NCBI GenBank assembly: GCA_036339735.1
Contig: JAYZAL010000094.1
Coordinates: forward strand, 1 to 42,638
Direction: 5' to 3'
Origin: Candidatus Poribacteria bacterium
GTDB taxonomy: Bacteria; Poribacteria; WGA-4E; UBA9662
Length of the DNA: 42,638 nt
The notes below the pieces were generated by a model. The model did no database searches. It was not told the origin of the DNA and worked only from the letters and a program-made list of their open reading frames with translations. Positions 28,499 through 36,838 of this stretch are shown here, one piece after another (position 1 is the first letter of the stretch; every line of letters starts with the position of its first letter). The translations under genes were made by a program, and so were the position numbers.

Positions 28499-30001
28499 AT
28501 GAGCTTACTCACAATTGATGTTGGAACAACTGGATGTAAAGTGATCGCTTTTAACGAAGAGGGACAGATCATTGCTCAATCTTACGGAGAGTATCCTTTA
28601 ATTCATATTAATCCCGGTTGGTCAGAACTTGACAGCCAATTAGTATGGCGTAAAGTTTCAGATGGGATTCGTGAAGTTGTTAGTCACACTAAAAACGATC
28701 CAATCGAGGCCCTCAGTGTCGCCAGTCAAGGGGAGGCAGTCACACCAATAGATAAAAATGGTCAAATTCTAGACAACGCTATCACCAGTTTCGATTCTCG
28801 TACGTCTGGTATCTCGGAACAGATTGAACAAAAAATCAGCCCATTGGAAATCATGGAAATTACTGGGATGCCCCTTAGCGATATTAGCACAGTTGCGAAA
28901 TTGATTTGGCTGCGACGTGAGAAACCAGATATATATAATCGGACTTGGAAATTTCTGTGCTTTTCAGATTTTATTTATCACCAGTTAGGTATCCGTCCTG
29001 TGTCGATAGATTATTCTCTAGCTGCCCGGACCATGGCTTTCGATATTCTTAATAATTGTTGGTCAGACAAAATTTTGAGTATTACTGGTATCGATCCTAA
29101 ACTCTTTGCCAGACCAGTCCAATCGGGTTCAATTATTGGCCAGATCGGTTTACCGATAGCTGAAGAACTTGGATTACCCAAATCAGTACTGGGCGTCGCT
29201 GGAGGTCATGACCAACCTTGTGGAGCTCTAGGAGCAGGCATAATAGAACACGGAAATGTTATGGATGCAACCGGAACTGTCGAATGTATTGCGCCTGCTA
29301 TTACTGAACCGATACTAACTCAACAAATGATTGATGGTAATTTTTGTTGTTACCCACATACTGTCAGTGGCTTGTTTGTAACATTGGGTTTTGTATCTAG
29401 TGGTGGCGTTATTTTACGATGGTTTCGTGATAATTTTGCCCAAGTAGAAGTAGCTCAAGCAAAGGCTGATGGACAAGATATTTATGACCTGTTAATTGGC
29501 TCCATGCCAAATGAGCCTTCACCGATCATGCTATTACCACACTTCACGGGGTCGGGCACGCCAACATTGGACTTGAATGCCAAAGGCGCAATCTTAGGTC
29601 TTACATTGCAAACAACTAAGGCCGATATTGTGAAAGCTATTTTGGAAGGTATAAGCTTTGAGATCAAGCATAACATGAACTTATTGGAATCCGCTGGAGT
29701 GGAAATTAATGAAATCAGAGCTATCGGTGGTGGAGCAAAATCCAGCAGTTGGCTCCAATTGAAAGCCGATGTATTTGGGAAAACAGTGGTCGCGCTCGAT
29801 GTTTCTGAAGGAGTTAGTATGGGGGCCGCTATTTTGGCTGGGACAGCCATCGGCATATACAAAGACAATCGAGAGGCCGTAGAGATGTTAATTAAACCTA
29901 GGCGAACCTACCATCCCAACAACAAACGACAAGAGTTTTACTTGCATCGAATGGAAAATTACTCACAGTTTTATGAGGCGGTCAAGCACATCACTCCATA
30001 A
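28499..30001 (+). CDS. FGGY-family carbohydrate kinase
   Basis: IDVGTTGCK, GGHDQPCGALGAG, LRWFRD, LPHFTG, AILEGI, IGGGAKS..WLQLKADV. Confidence 0.92.
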   Translation: MSLLTIDVGTTGCKVIAFNEEGQIIAQSYGEYPLIHINPGWSELDSQLVWRKVSDGIREVVSHTKNDPIEALSVASQGEAVTPIDKNGQILDNAITSFDSRTSGISEQIEQKISPLEIMEITGMPLSDISTVAKLIWLRREKPDIYNRTWKFLCFSDFIYHQLGIRPVSIDYSLAARTMAFDILNNCWSDKILSITGIDPKLFARPVQSGSIIGQIGLPIAEELGLPKSVLGVAGGHDQPCGALGAGIIEHGNVMDATGTVECIAPAITEPILTQQMIDGNFCCYPHTVSGLFVTLGFVSSGGVILRWFRDNFAQVEVAQAKADGQDIYDLLIGSMPNEPSPIMLLPHFTGSGTPTLDLNAKGAILGLTLQTTKADIVKAILEGISFEIKHNMNLLESAGVEINEIRAIGGGAKSSSWLQLKADVFGKTVVALDVSEGVSMGAAILAGTAIGIYKDNREAVEMLIKPRRTYHPNNKRQEFYLHRMENYSQFYEAVKHITP

Positions 30002-30003
30002 AC

Positions 30004-30044
30004 AAAAAAAGCCCGAAGCCTGTCATAACACAGTCGTCGGACTC
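30004..30044 (-). terminator. Probable intrinsic terminator for the 30088-30729 gene
   Basis: Minus strand imperfect GC-rich hairpin gtccgacgactgt-gttatg-acaggcttcgggc followed by T7, between convergent genes. Confidence 0.55.
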
Positions 30045-30087
30045 ACACGCCTAAAATTGAGCGTAAGATGGTATCGTTTTAGACTAA

Positions 30088-30729
30088 CTAGTCCTTACCT
30101 CCTCTCATGAAGCGTCCCATCATTTCTCGACGCTCACCTGAGGATGCACTGCGGAATTTTTGGATCATTTGCGCTCTTCTTTCTGGGGACATACTTTCCC
30201 ACTTGGCTCTCATTTCTTTACCTCTCCCGCTATCCCAGTTTCCTCGGCCCCAACCGCCACGCCCTCTACGCCCTGATCTTTCGTTCTTCTTTCCATCTCT
30301 AGAACGCTTTGCGGCTTCTTCTTTCCGACCTCGGTCTTTTCTATCCTTCTTTTTACCGCTAACACGCAGAAAATCGACACTCCGTCCCTTTAACTCGATC
30401 GACTCTCCTCCCGAATCAAGGCTGACTTGATTCGCTTCGATTTTCTCGATCTTAGCATCTTCGATCTTTTCACCTACACTAACGTAGTAGGTCTTGTTGG
30501 AGCGAGATTCTTTAATCAGGGCTTTTGGAATGCCTTGGGCTGGGATTTTAGTAGCGATCAACTGATACTTCGGGCTTGTGTCTGGTTGTTTCCAACCAAG
30601 CGGACGAAACAAGCTGTAGTCGGAAATCACCTGATAGTAAGATTGGTCAGGTCCAGAAGTCTGCGCTTCTGAAACGAACAAGAAACCGAACAAAAATGCC
30701 GAGGTGATCACAATTGACTGGAACTTCAT
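30088..30729 (-). CDS. Exported protein with a GspC/PilP-like domain and an Arg/Gly/Lys-rich tail
   Basis: N-terminal hydrophobic signal; LIAT...KALIKE.....YYVSVGEKI.DAKIEKIEANQVSL..GG..IEL resembles the GspC homology region. Confidence 0.6.
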   Translation of the reverse strand: MKFQSIVITSAFLFGFLFVSEAQTSGPDQSYYQVISDYSLFRPLGWKQPDTSPKYQLIATKIPAQGIPKALIKESRSNKTYYVSVGEKIEDAKIEKIEANQVSLDSGGESIELKGRSVDFLRVSGKKKDRKDRGRKEEAAKRSRDGKKNERSGRRGRGGWGRGNWDSGRGKEMRAKWESMSPERRAQMIQKFRSASSGERREMMGRFMRGGKD

Positions 30730-30827
30730 ATAGAACTCACGAAAAGCGGGGGGATCATAGTAATCACGTTAACTCAATCAACAGCTGGGAAAGTAAGTAC
30801 AGTTTCCGTTTTCTTGATCTAAACAAC

Positions 30828-31103
30828 CTAAAGTATCTTTTCGACCAGTAACCCAAATCGCTGATTAGCTTTCTGGCTTAATATATCAGATGTGTTACCA
30901 GTATCAACTGGGTCAATCTGCTGTGAAGGTCCGGGAGTCGGCCCTGAGACTCGGGTCTGACGAATCGGATTCTTTTGAGCCTGATGGTAGCTGCCCTTGA
31001 TACGACCAATTCCCTCACCACCATCACTGGTCAACGATCCGACACCTTTCATTGTAAGAACAGATGAAGACACGTTGGAAAAATGAGATATTGCTGAAGC
31101 CAT
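30828..31103 (-). CDS. Small hypothetical protein (91 aa, low complexity)
   Basis: GGAGG RBS upstream of ATG and a good promoter at 31147-31175. Confidence 0.55.
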   Translation of the reverse strand: MASAISHFSNVSSSVLTMKGVGSLTSDGGEGIGRIKGSYHQAQKNPIRQTRVSGPTPGPSQQIDPVDTGNTSDILSQKANQRFGLLVEKIL

Positions 31104-31146
31104 CTAGTAGTAGTCCTCCGTAGAACGGGAATTAGAATGAGAACCA

Positions 31147-31175
31147 ATTCTAATCTAATTTTCGAAAAATGTCAA
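31147..31175 (-). promoter_or_regulatory. Predicted sigma70 promoter for 30828-31103
   Basis: Minus strand TTGACA (31175-31170), 17-nt spacer, TAGAAT (31152-31147). Confidence 0.65.
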
Positions 31176-31391
31176 CCTCTTTTTGTAGATTGAAGCAAGG
31201 AATCAGTAATTTCAACTGATTCAAAAATTGTAATTGAGGTTCGAATTGGGTTGACTTAAGTGTAATCCCTCGAGTAGCATACAGACTCTTAAACTCGCCG
31301 GCATCTTTAATTTTTGCATAACTTTCAACCAAAGAAATAATCCTATTTTTACTTATTTGTAAATAAGATTAAGATACTGAGGTCCACTGAC

Positions 31392-33257
31392 ATGCATAGT
31401 CTTTGTCAATTTCGTAAATTATATGACGTTTTAATTTTAGTTTTTTTATCCGGTTTTACCGGCATTAGTCTAGTTAGTGCCAGTGAGGAACCAACGATTT
31501 ATCGATCTCATGCTATTGCTATGCATGGTCAACCAAAATACGAAGCCGACTTTAACTCTTTTGAGTATGTTTATGCTAATGCCCCCAAGGGGGGCCGAAT
31601 TGTCCAGGGTGCATTTGGTACATATGACAATTTAAATCCGTATATCCTAAAAGGTCAACCTCCTCGGGGTATTAATTACCTTTTTGAAAGCTTAATGACC
31701 AACTCCTATGATGAGGCTTTTACCGAATACTGTTTATTGGCAGAGAGTATTGAGTGGCCAAGCGATCGATCTTGGGTGTCATTTACTTTACGACAAGAAG
31801 CTCGTTGGCATGATGGTCGGCCTGTTACCGTTGATGATGTTATTTGGTCATTAAATATTTTAAAAACTAAGGGACACCCTTTTTATCGGTCTTATTATGC
31901 CAATCTACAGAAAGCTGAAGCCGTTGGTCCAAGAAAAGTAAAGTTTACCTTTGACGGGCCTCCTAATCCTGAACTACCTCTAATTACTGGTCAGATGCCT
32001 ATCTTACCGAAGCATTACTGGGCTGATCGGGATTTTGAAGCTACAACCCTTGAGCCCCTAATCGGTAGTGGACCTTACAAAATCAAGAAGGTCGATCAAG
32101 GGCGATCTATTACTTATGAAAGAGACCCAAACTATTGGGGTAAAAATTTACCAGTTAACCGAGGTCGTTATAATTTCGATATCATTCAATTTGATTACTA
32201 TAAAGATCGAACCATAGAACGTGAAGCATTTAAAGCTGGTGAAAGTGATTACCTGTTTGAAAATACATCAAAAGATTGGGCAATCAGTTACAATATTCCT
32301 GCCGTGGAAAAAGGCTTAATTGTTAAATCTCAAATCCCCCATCAAAACCCAGCCGGTATGCAGGCCTTTGCTTTCAACATCCGCCGGCCAATGTTCTCCA
32401 AAAGGAAGGTCCGTCAAGCTTTAGCCTATGCCTTCGATTTTGAGTGGACTAACAAAAATTTATTCTATGATGCTTATACTCGTAGCCCTAGTTACTTTTC
32501 TAACTCGGAACTTGCTTGTAGTGGCTTACCTAGCCAAAATGAGCTGGAAATTTTGACCCCTTTTCGAGACCAATTGCCACCTGAAGTCTTTAATCAGGAG
32601 TATGTTCCACCCAAAACAGATGGCTCAGGTAATATCCGTAAACATATGCGGATGGCCTTTCGCTTGTTAAAAGAAAATGGGTGGGAAGTCAAAGATGGGA
32701 AGTTAACTAATAATTCGACGCAAGAAAAAATGGAATTTGAGATTTTAATCGTTTCGCCTGCATTTGAACGAATCGTTTTACCGTTTACGAAGAATTTAGA
32801 AAAATTAGGTGTTACAGCGACTGTAGTTTTAGTCGACAGCTCTCAATACCAGAATCGATTGGACAACTTCGATTATGATATGATCGTCAGTAATTGGGGG
32901 CAGTCTCTTTCTCCGGGTAATGAACAGCGAGATTTTTGGGGTTCAAAGGCTGCAGAAATTTCTGGGACCCGAAATTTTATCGGCATTAAAAACCCTGTCA
33001 TTGACTCGCTGATCGAAAAAATTATCACGGCACCTGACCGAGCAAGTTTGATTCTAAGAGCCAAAGCTTTAGACCGAGTATTATTGTGGAATCACTACGT
33101 AATTCCGCATTGGCATATTTCTGCCTACCGAGTTCTATATTGGGATAAATTTCGCCAACCGAAAATACAACCTAAGTATAGCCTAGGTTTAGAAAATTGG
33201 TGGGTTGACTCACAGTTAGAATCTACACTTGATGAGAGGCGAACACAATTGAGATAG
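31392..33257 (+). CDS. yejA: ABC transporter substrate-binding protein, family 5, YejA-like
   Basis: Signal peptide; HAIAMHG.PKY...F..F.YV...APKGG, ARWHDG.PVT..DV, GSGPY, FDFEW.N..LFY..Y.R, SLSPGNEQR.FWGS, ALDRVLLW. Confidence 0.85.
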   Translation: MHSLCQFRKLYDVLILVFLSGFTGISLVSASEEPTIYRSHAIAMHGQPKYEADFNSFEYVYANAPKGGRIVQGAFGTYDNLNPYILKGQPPRGINYLFESLMTNSYDEAFTEYCLLAESIEWPSDRSWVSFTLRQEARWHDGRPVTVDDVIWSLNILKTKGHPFYRSYYANLQKAEAVGPRKVKFTFDGPPNPELPLITGQMPILPKHYWADRDFEATTLEPLIGSGPYKIKKVDQGRSITYERDPNYWGKNLPVNRGRYNFDIIQFDYYKDRTIEREAFKAGESDYLFENTSKDWAISYNIPAVEKGLIVKSQIPHQNPAGMQAFAFNIRRPMFSKRKVRQALAYAFDFEWTNKNLFYDAYTRSPSYFSNSELACSGLPSQNELEILTPFRDQLPPEVFNQEYVPPKTDGSGNIRKHMRMAFRLLKENGWEVKDGKLTNNSTQEKMEFEILIVSPAFERIVLPFTKNLEKLGVTATVVLVDSSQYQNRLDNFDYDMIVSNWGQSLSPGNEQRDFWGSKAAEISGTRNFIGIKNPVIDSLIEKIITAPDRASLILRAKALDRVLLWNHYVIPHWHISAYRVLYWDKFRQPKIQPKYSLGLENWWVDSQLESTLDERRTQLR

Positions 33258-33293
33258 ATCAGGCAAACTCAACCTAAAGTTCAAATATCATCA

Positions 33294-33905
33294 ATGCCAG
33301 CAACTAAAAAACTACTTTTAATGATCATTCTCCAATTAGTTGTAGTAAGTACGACTTTATCAGTAACAATCGGATATGAAGCGCCGGATTTTTGCTTGCA
33401 GACCGCTGATAGCAAAACGCATCAACTCCATGAAATGCGTGGATCAGTTATTTTCTTGGTTGCAGGCAATCGGAAATTACGCAAGGAAGATAACCGGTGG
33501 GGAGAAGCTATCATGGCTGATTTTAAAAGATTAATTAATCGTGAAAAGGGCATGACTCCAATTCTTCGATGTTACATAATTGGTAATATGAATGACGTTC
33601 CAAAGTTCATTTCCAGGCAGTTCATCAAAAAGCAGTTGTTGAAAAAACCACCTCCAGTCCCGTTATTACTAGACTGGGAAGGAGAAGTTCACCAGCAATA
33701 CAAAATCGAATGTAAAAAAAGGAAGAAACCGTCGCTCTATATAGTTGATCAGCAGGGAAAAATTGTATTTCATCAGTATAGTAAATTCAATCGGCAGACC
33801 TATCACAAAATTCGACAGCTTCTCGATAAGTTACTGAGTCAGTCAAATATTACAGACTCCCAGAAAGGGAGTCAAATGGGTCTTGACCCAATGCTTGGTC
33901 AATAA
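33294..33905 (+). CDS. Exported redoxin/thioredoxin-fold protein lacking CxxC (YtfJ-like)
   Basis: Signal peptide; IGYEAPDF.L...D...H.L...RG, PLLLDWEG.V...Y, LYIVDQQGKIVF; no CxxC at the active-site position. Confidence 0.65.
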   Translation: MPATKKLLLMIILQLVVVSTTLSVTIGYEAPDFCLQTADSKTHQLHEMRGSVIFLVAGNRKLRKEDNRWGEAIMADFKRLINREKGMTPILRCYIIGNMNDVPKFISRQFIKKQLLKKPPPVPLLLDWEGEVHQQYKIECKKRKKPSLYIVDQQGKIVFHQYSKFNRQTYHKIRQLLDKLLSQSNITDSQKGSQMGLDPMLGQ

Positions 33906-34295
33906 ATAACTTGGCTTCGATTCTCTGTTTTTAGCCAATCATATAGGCGTTACCTTGTTAATAGAGAATTATTCGGTATATTGTCTGGCTTCGGAATATT
34001 AGAAGCCAAAGCCTTGTAGTTAGATTTTGACTGGAAGTTTGGGGCAAATAATTAGGTAGGGTAAGACTGCTTAATCAATTACTTAGGCCTACTGAGACTC
34101 AGCAGACCGCACACTGAATCCGAATATTAGAAACTGCTGCTTAAATGGCGACTTTTAAAATAATCGATCAATTTGTTCTGTTTTATTTTTTCTGAATTAC
34201 GGTAGCGTAAATTTGAAATTACAGTAATTTGTCAACCTCAGAAATATGAAAGCCGCTTCTTGGTCAAGAGATACTGACAGATCAAACCCCTGCTC

Positions 34296-34324
34296 TTGCA
34301 GTAGAAAAACTGGTCAGCTATAAT
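34296..34324 (+). promoter_or_regulatory. Predicted sigma70 promoter for pheT
   Basis: TTGCAG (34296-34301), 17-nt spacer, TATAAT (34319-34324); GAGGAG RBS near 34360. Confidence 0.55.
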
Positions 34325-34378
34325 TCAAATTATTGATTCTAGAGTATTGAACTGGTAACGAGGAGTAATGAACCGACA

Positions 34379-36820
34379 ATGAAAATCAGCCTCAATTGGT
34401 TGAAGGAATACATTAGTTTGGAAGCGGGGCGCGACGTAATTGTATCGCCAGAATTATTAGCGGAACAGCTAATGATGTTGGGTATCGAAGTTGAAAAAAC
34501 AACCTTTCTTAGTCAAGGGCTAGAATCAGTTGTTGTGGGTAGGATTGAGTCTGTCAAAGCCCATCCACAAGCTGATAAATTGGTCATCTGTCAGGTAAAT
34601 ATTGGGCAGGAGCAGGATTTACAAATTGTTTGTGGGGCTCCCAATGCTACTTCAGGGCTAATTGTGCCGGTAGCACTGGTCGGTGCGATTCTGCCTAATG
34701 GTTTGGAGATCAAAACAGCACAACTACGTGGTATCCCTTCGCATGGTATGCTATGTTCAGCCGACGAATTGAAATTGTCTGAAGACCAGTCTGGATTGAT
34801 GGAACTTTCAGAAACTTTGCTTGTCGGTACTCCCCTGTCAAAAGCCCTTAATCTCGATGACATAGTCATGGATTTGGAAATCACTCCCAATCGACCTGAT
34901 TGTTTGTCTATCGTTGGTATTGCTCGTGAAATTCGTACTATAATGTCGTTGGACCTTGAGGATGAACAGCCGACGTTTAATTTACTTCAGCGACCAGATG
35001 ATCCAGTTCAGGAAAGCTCAGTGCCAATCACTGAATTGACTTCTGTCGAAATATTGGATCCAAACCTTTGTGCTCGCTATGCAACTAGGATAATACAGGG
35101 AATCAAAGTCGGCCCTTCTCCTGATTGGCTGCAGAGCCGTCTGAAGGCTGTAGGGCTTACACCAATTAACAATGTGGTTGATGTAACTAACTTAGTAATG
35201 TTTGAGCTAGGTCAACCTCTTCATGCTTTTGATTACCATAAACTAAATGAAAATCGAATTATTGTTCGTCGGGCTGAACCAGGCGAAGTCCCTACAACTC
35301 TAGATGAGATTGATAGGACTTTGACCGATGATATGTTGGTTATTGCTGATGCAATTCGGCCTGTTGCCGTTGCTGGAGTAATGGGTGGATTGGAGTCAGC
35401 TATTTCTCAAAAAACTGTTGATGTTTTATTGGAAAGTGCTTACTTCAATCCAGTCAGTATTCGTAGAACAGCTAAAGCTCTAGGAATGCATACTGATGCT
35501 TCGCATCGTTTTGAAAGAGGAACTGACCCAGAAGGTGTAATTCCGGCTCTTAATCGTGCTGCGAGCCTGATCCATCAGCTAACTGGTGGGACGGTAGCAA
35601 AGGGGATTATTGATGTCTATCCTGAACCTAAGCAACCTAGAGAAATTCACTTAAGACCTGATCGGGTCAATCGTATACTAGGAACTGATATCACACTTCA
35701 TCAAATGAATCAGATATTAGTCTTACTGGGTTTTGATGTGGAAGTAAGCCAGCAAAACTTGTCTGTTACTGCCCCCACTTTTCGCCCAGATGTCGAGCGT
35801 GAAATTGATCTGGTTGAGGAAATAGCTCGAGTTTACGGTTATGATCGGATACCAACTGAAATGCCAGCTGGTCATATTCCTATTCCTAAAAGGGAACTCG
35901 GTCTTGACCAATTACTGAAATCATACCTCTTAGCAAACGGATTGATGGAGGCTATTAATTACTCATTTTACAATGCTGACATGCCTGATCGGTCTGAAAT
36001 GCGAGACCATCAGCCTATTCCTCTCAAGAACCCACTCAATGAAGATTTTGCTGTCTTACGAACATCCTTGTTACCGAGTCTTTTGGCTAATGTCCAGCGA
36101 AACCGTGCTCACCAAGTACCCGATATTCGGCTATTTGAAGTAGCTAAAGTCTTTCATAGATCAACTGAGAGCGATAACCAGCTACCAATCGAAATTTACT
36201 ATTTAGCAGCTGTTTTAGTAGGAAGTTGGGGCACAGGAAGTTATGGTGATGACAAGATAGCTGTTGATTTTTATGATATAAAGGGTTTGGTAGAAGGTTT
36301 ATTAGGAACAATTGGTATCAACAATTATGATTTCAGGCTGGCCACTAATTCAACTTTCCATCCTGGTAGGAGTGCGGAACTTTGGCATAGGGAAAAACGT
36401 ATAGGCGTACTGGGTGAAATCCATCCTCAAGTAGCAGAAAATTTCGATTTATCAGACAGAATCTATGCATTTGAGCTTGACATCGATACTTTGTCGAAAT
36501 TTGCCAAACCAAACAAACAATTTGTGCCAATTCCGACTCACCCAGGTATTAGTCGAGACCTAGCAATTTTAGTTTCTCAAGACCTGCCGGCTGACCAACC
36601 ACTAGAAGTTATCAGAGCGGTAGGACAAACACTAGTTGACCGAGTCTATTTGTTTGATCTATACACTGGAGATCAGGTTCCTGAAGGCAAGAAAAGTCTG
36701 GCTTACAGCATCAAATACCATGCTAAAACTCAAACATTAACAGATGCAATTGTGGATGCACTGCACCAAAAAATAGTTGCTGAGTTAGTGAATCGTTTTG
36801 ACGCAGAATTGAGAATCTAG
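34379..36820 (+). CDS. pheT: Phenylalanine--tRNA ligase beta subunit
   Basis: MKISLNWLKEY, HPQADKL, IVCGAPN, ITPNRPDCLS, INNVVDVTN, RFERG.D, DLVEEIARVYGYD, FDX-ACB RDLA...LFDLY.G...GKKSLA. Confidence 0.98.
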   Translation: MKISLNWLKEYISLEAGRDVIVSPELLAEQLMMLGIEVEKTTFLSQGLESVVVGRIESVKAHPQADKLVICQVNIGQEQDLQIVCGAPNATSGLIVPVALVGAILPNGLEIKTAQLRGIPSHGMLCSADELKLSEDQSGLMELSETLLVGTPLSKALNLDDIVMDLEITPNRPDCLSIVGIAREIRTIMSLDLEDEQPTFNLLQRPDDPVQESSVPITELTSVEILDPNLCARYATRIIQGIKVGPSPDWLQSRLKAVGLTPINNVVDVTNLVMFELGQPLHAFDYHKLNENRIIVRRAEPGEVPTTLDEIDRTLTDDMLVIADAIRPVAVAGVMGGLESAISQKTVDVLLESAYFNPVSIRRTAKALGMHTDASHRFERGTDPEGVIPALNRAASLIHQLTGGTVAKGIIDVYPEPKQPREIHLRPDRVNRILGTDITLHQMNQILVLLGFDVEVSQQNLSVTAPTFRPDVEREIDLVEEIARVYGYDRIPTEMPAGHIPIPKRELGLDQLLKSYLLANGLMEAINYSFYNADMPDRSEMRDHQPIPLKNPLNEDFAVLRTSLLPSLLANVQRNRAHQVPDIRLFEVAKVFHRSTESDNQLPIEIYYLAAVLVGSWGTGSYGDDKIAVDFYDIKGLVEGLLGTIGINNYDFRLATNSTFHPGRSAELWHREKRIGVLGEIHPQVAENFDLSDRIYAFELDIDTLSKFAKPNKQFVPIPTHPGISRDLAILVSQDLPADQPLEVIRAVGQTLVDRVYLFDLYTGDQVPEGKKSLAYSIKYHAKTQTLTDAIVDALHQKIVAELVNRFDAELRI

Positions 36821-36838
36821 AGTTAAAATATTGGAAAA

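Noticed and set aside
31150-31332. 60-aa ORF upstream of the small gene
   Set aside because: Overlaps the predicted promoter in an AT-rich divergent intergenic region and has no RBS or motif.
33906-34378. T-box leader or pheS remnant upstream of pheT
   Set aside because: No T-box consensus or PheS-like ORF visible, and the predicted promoter is only about 55 bp from the start codon.
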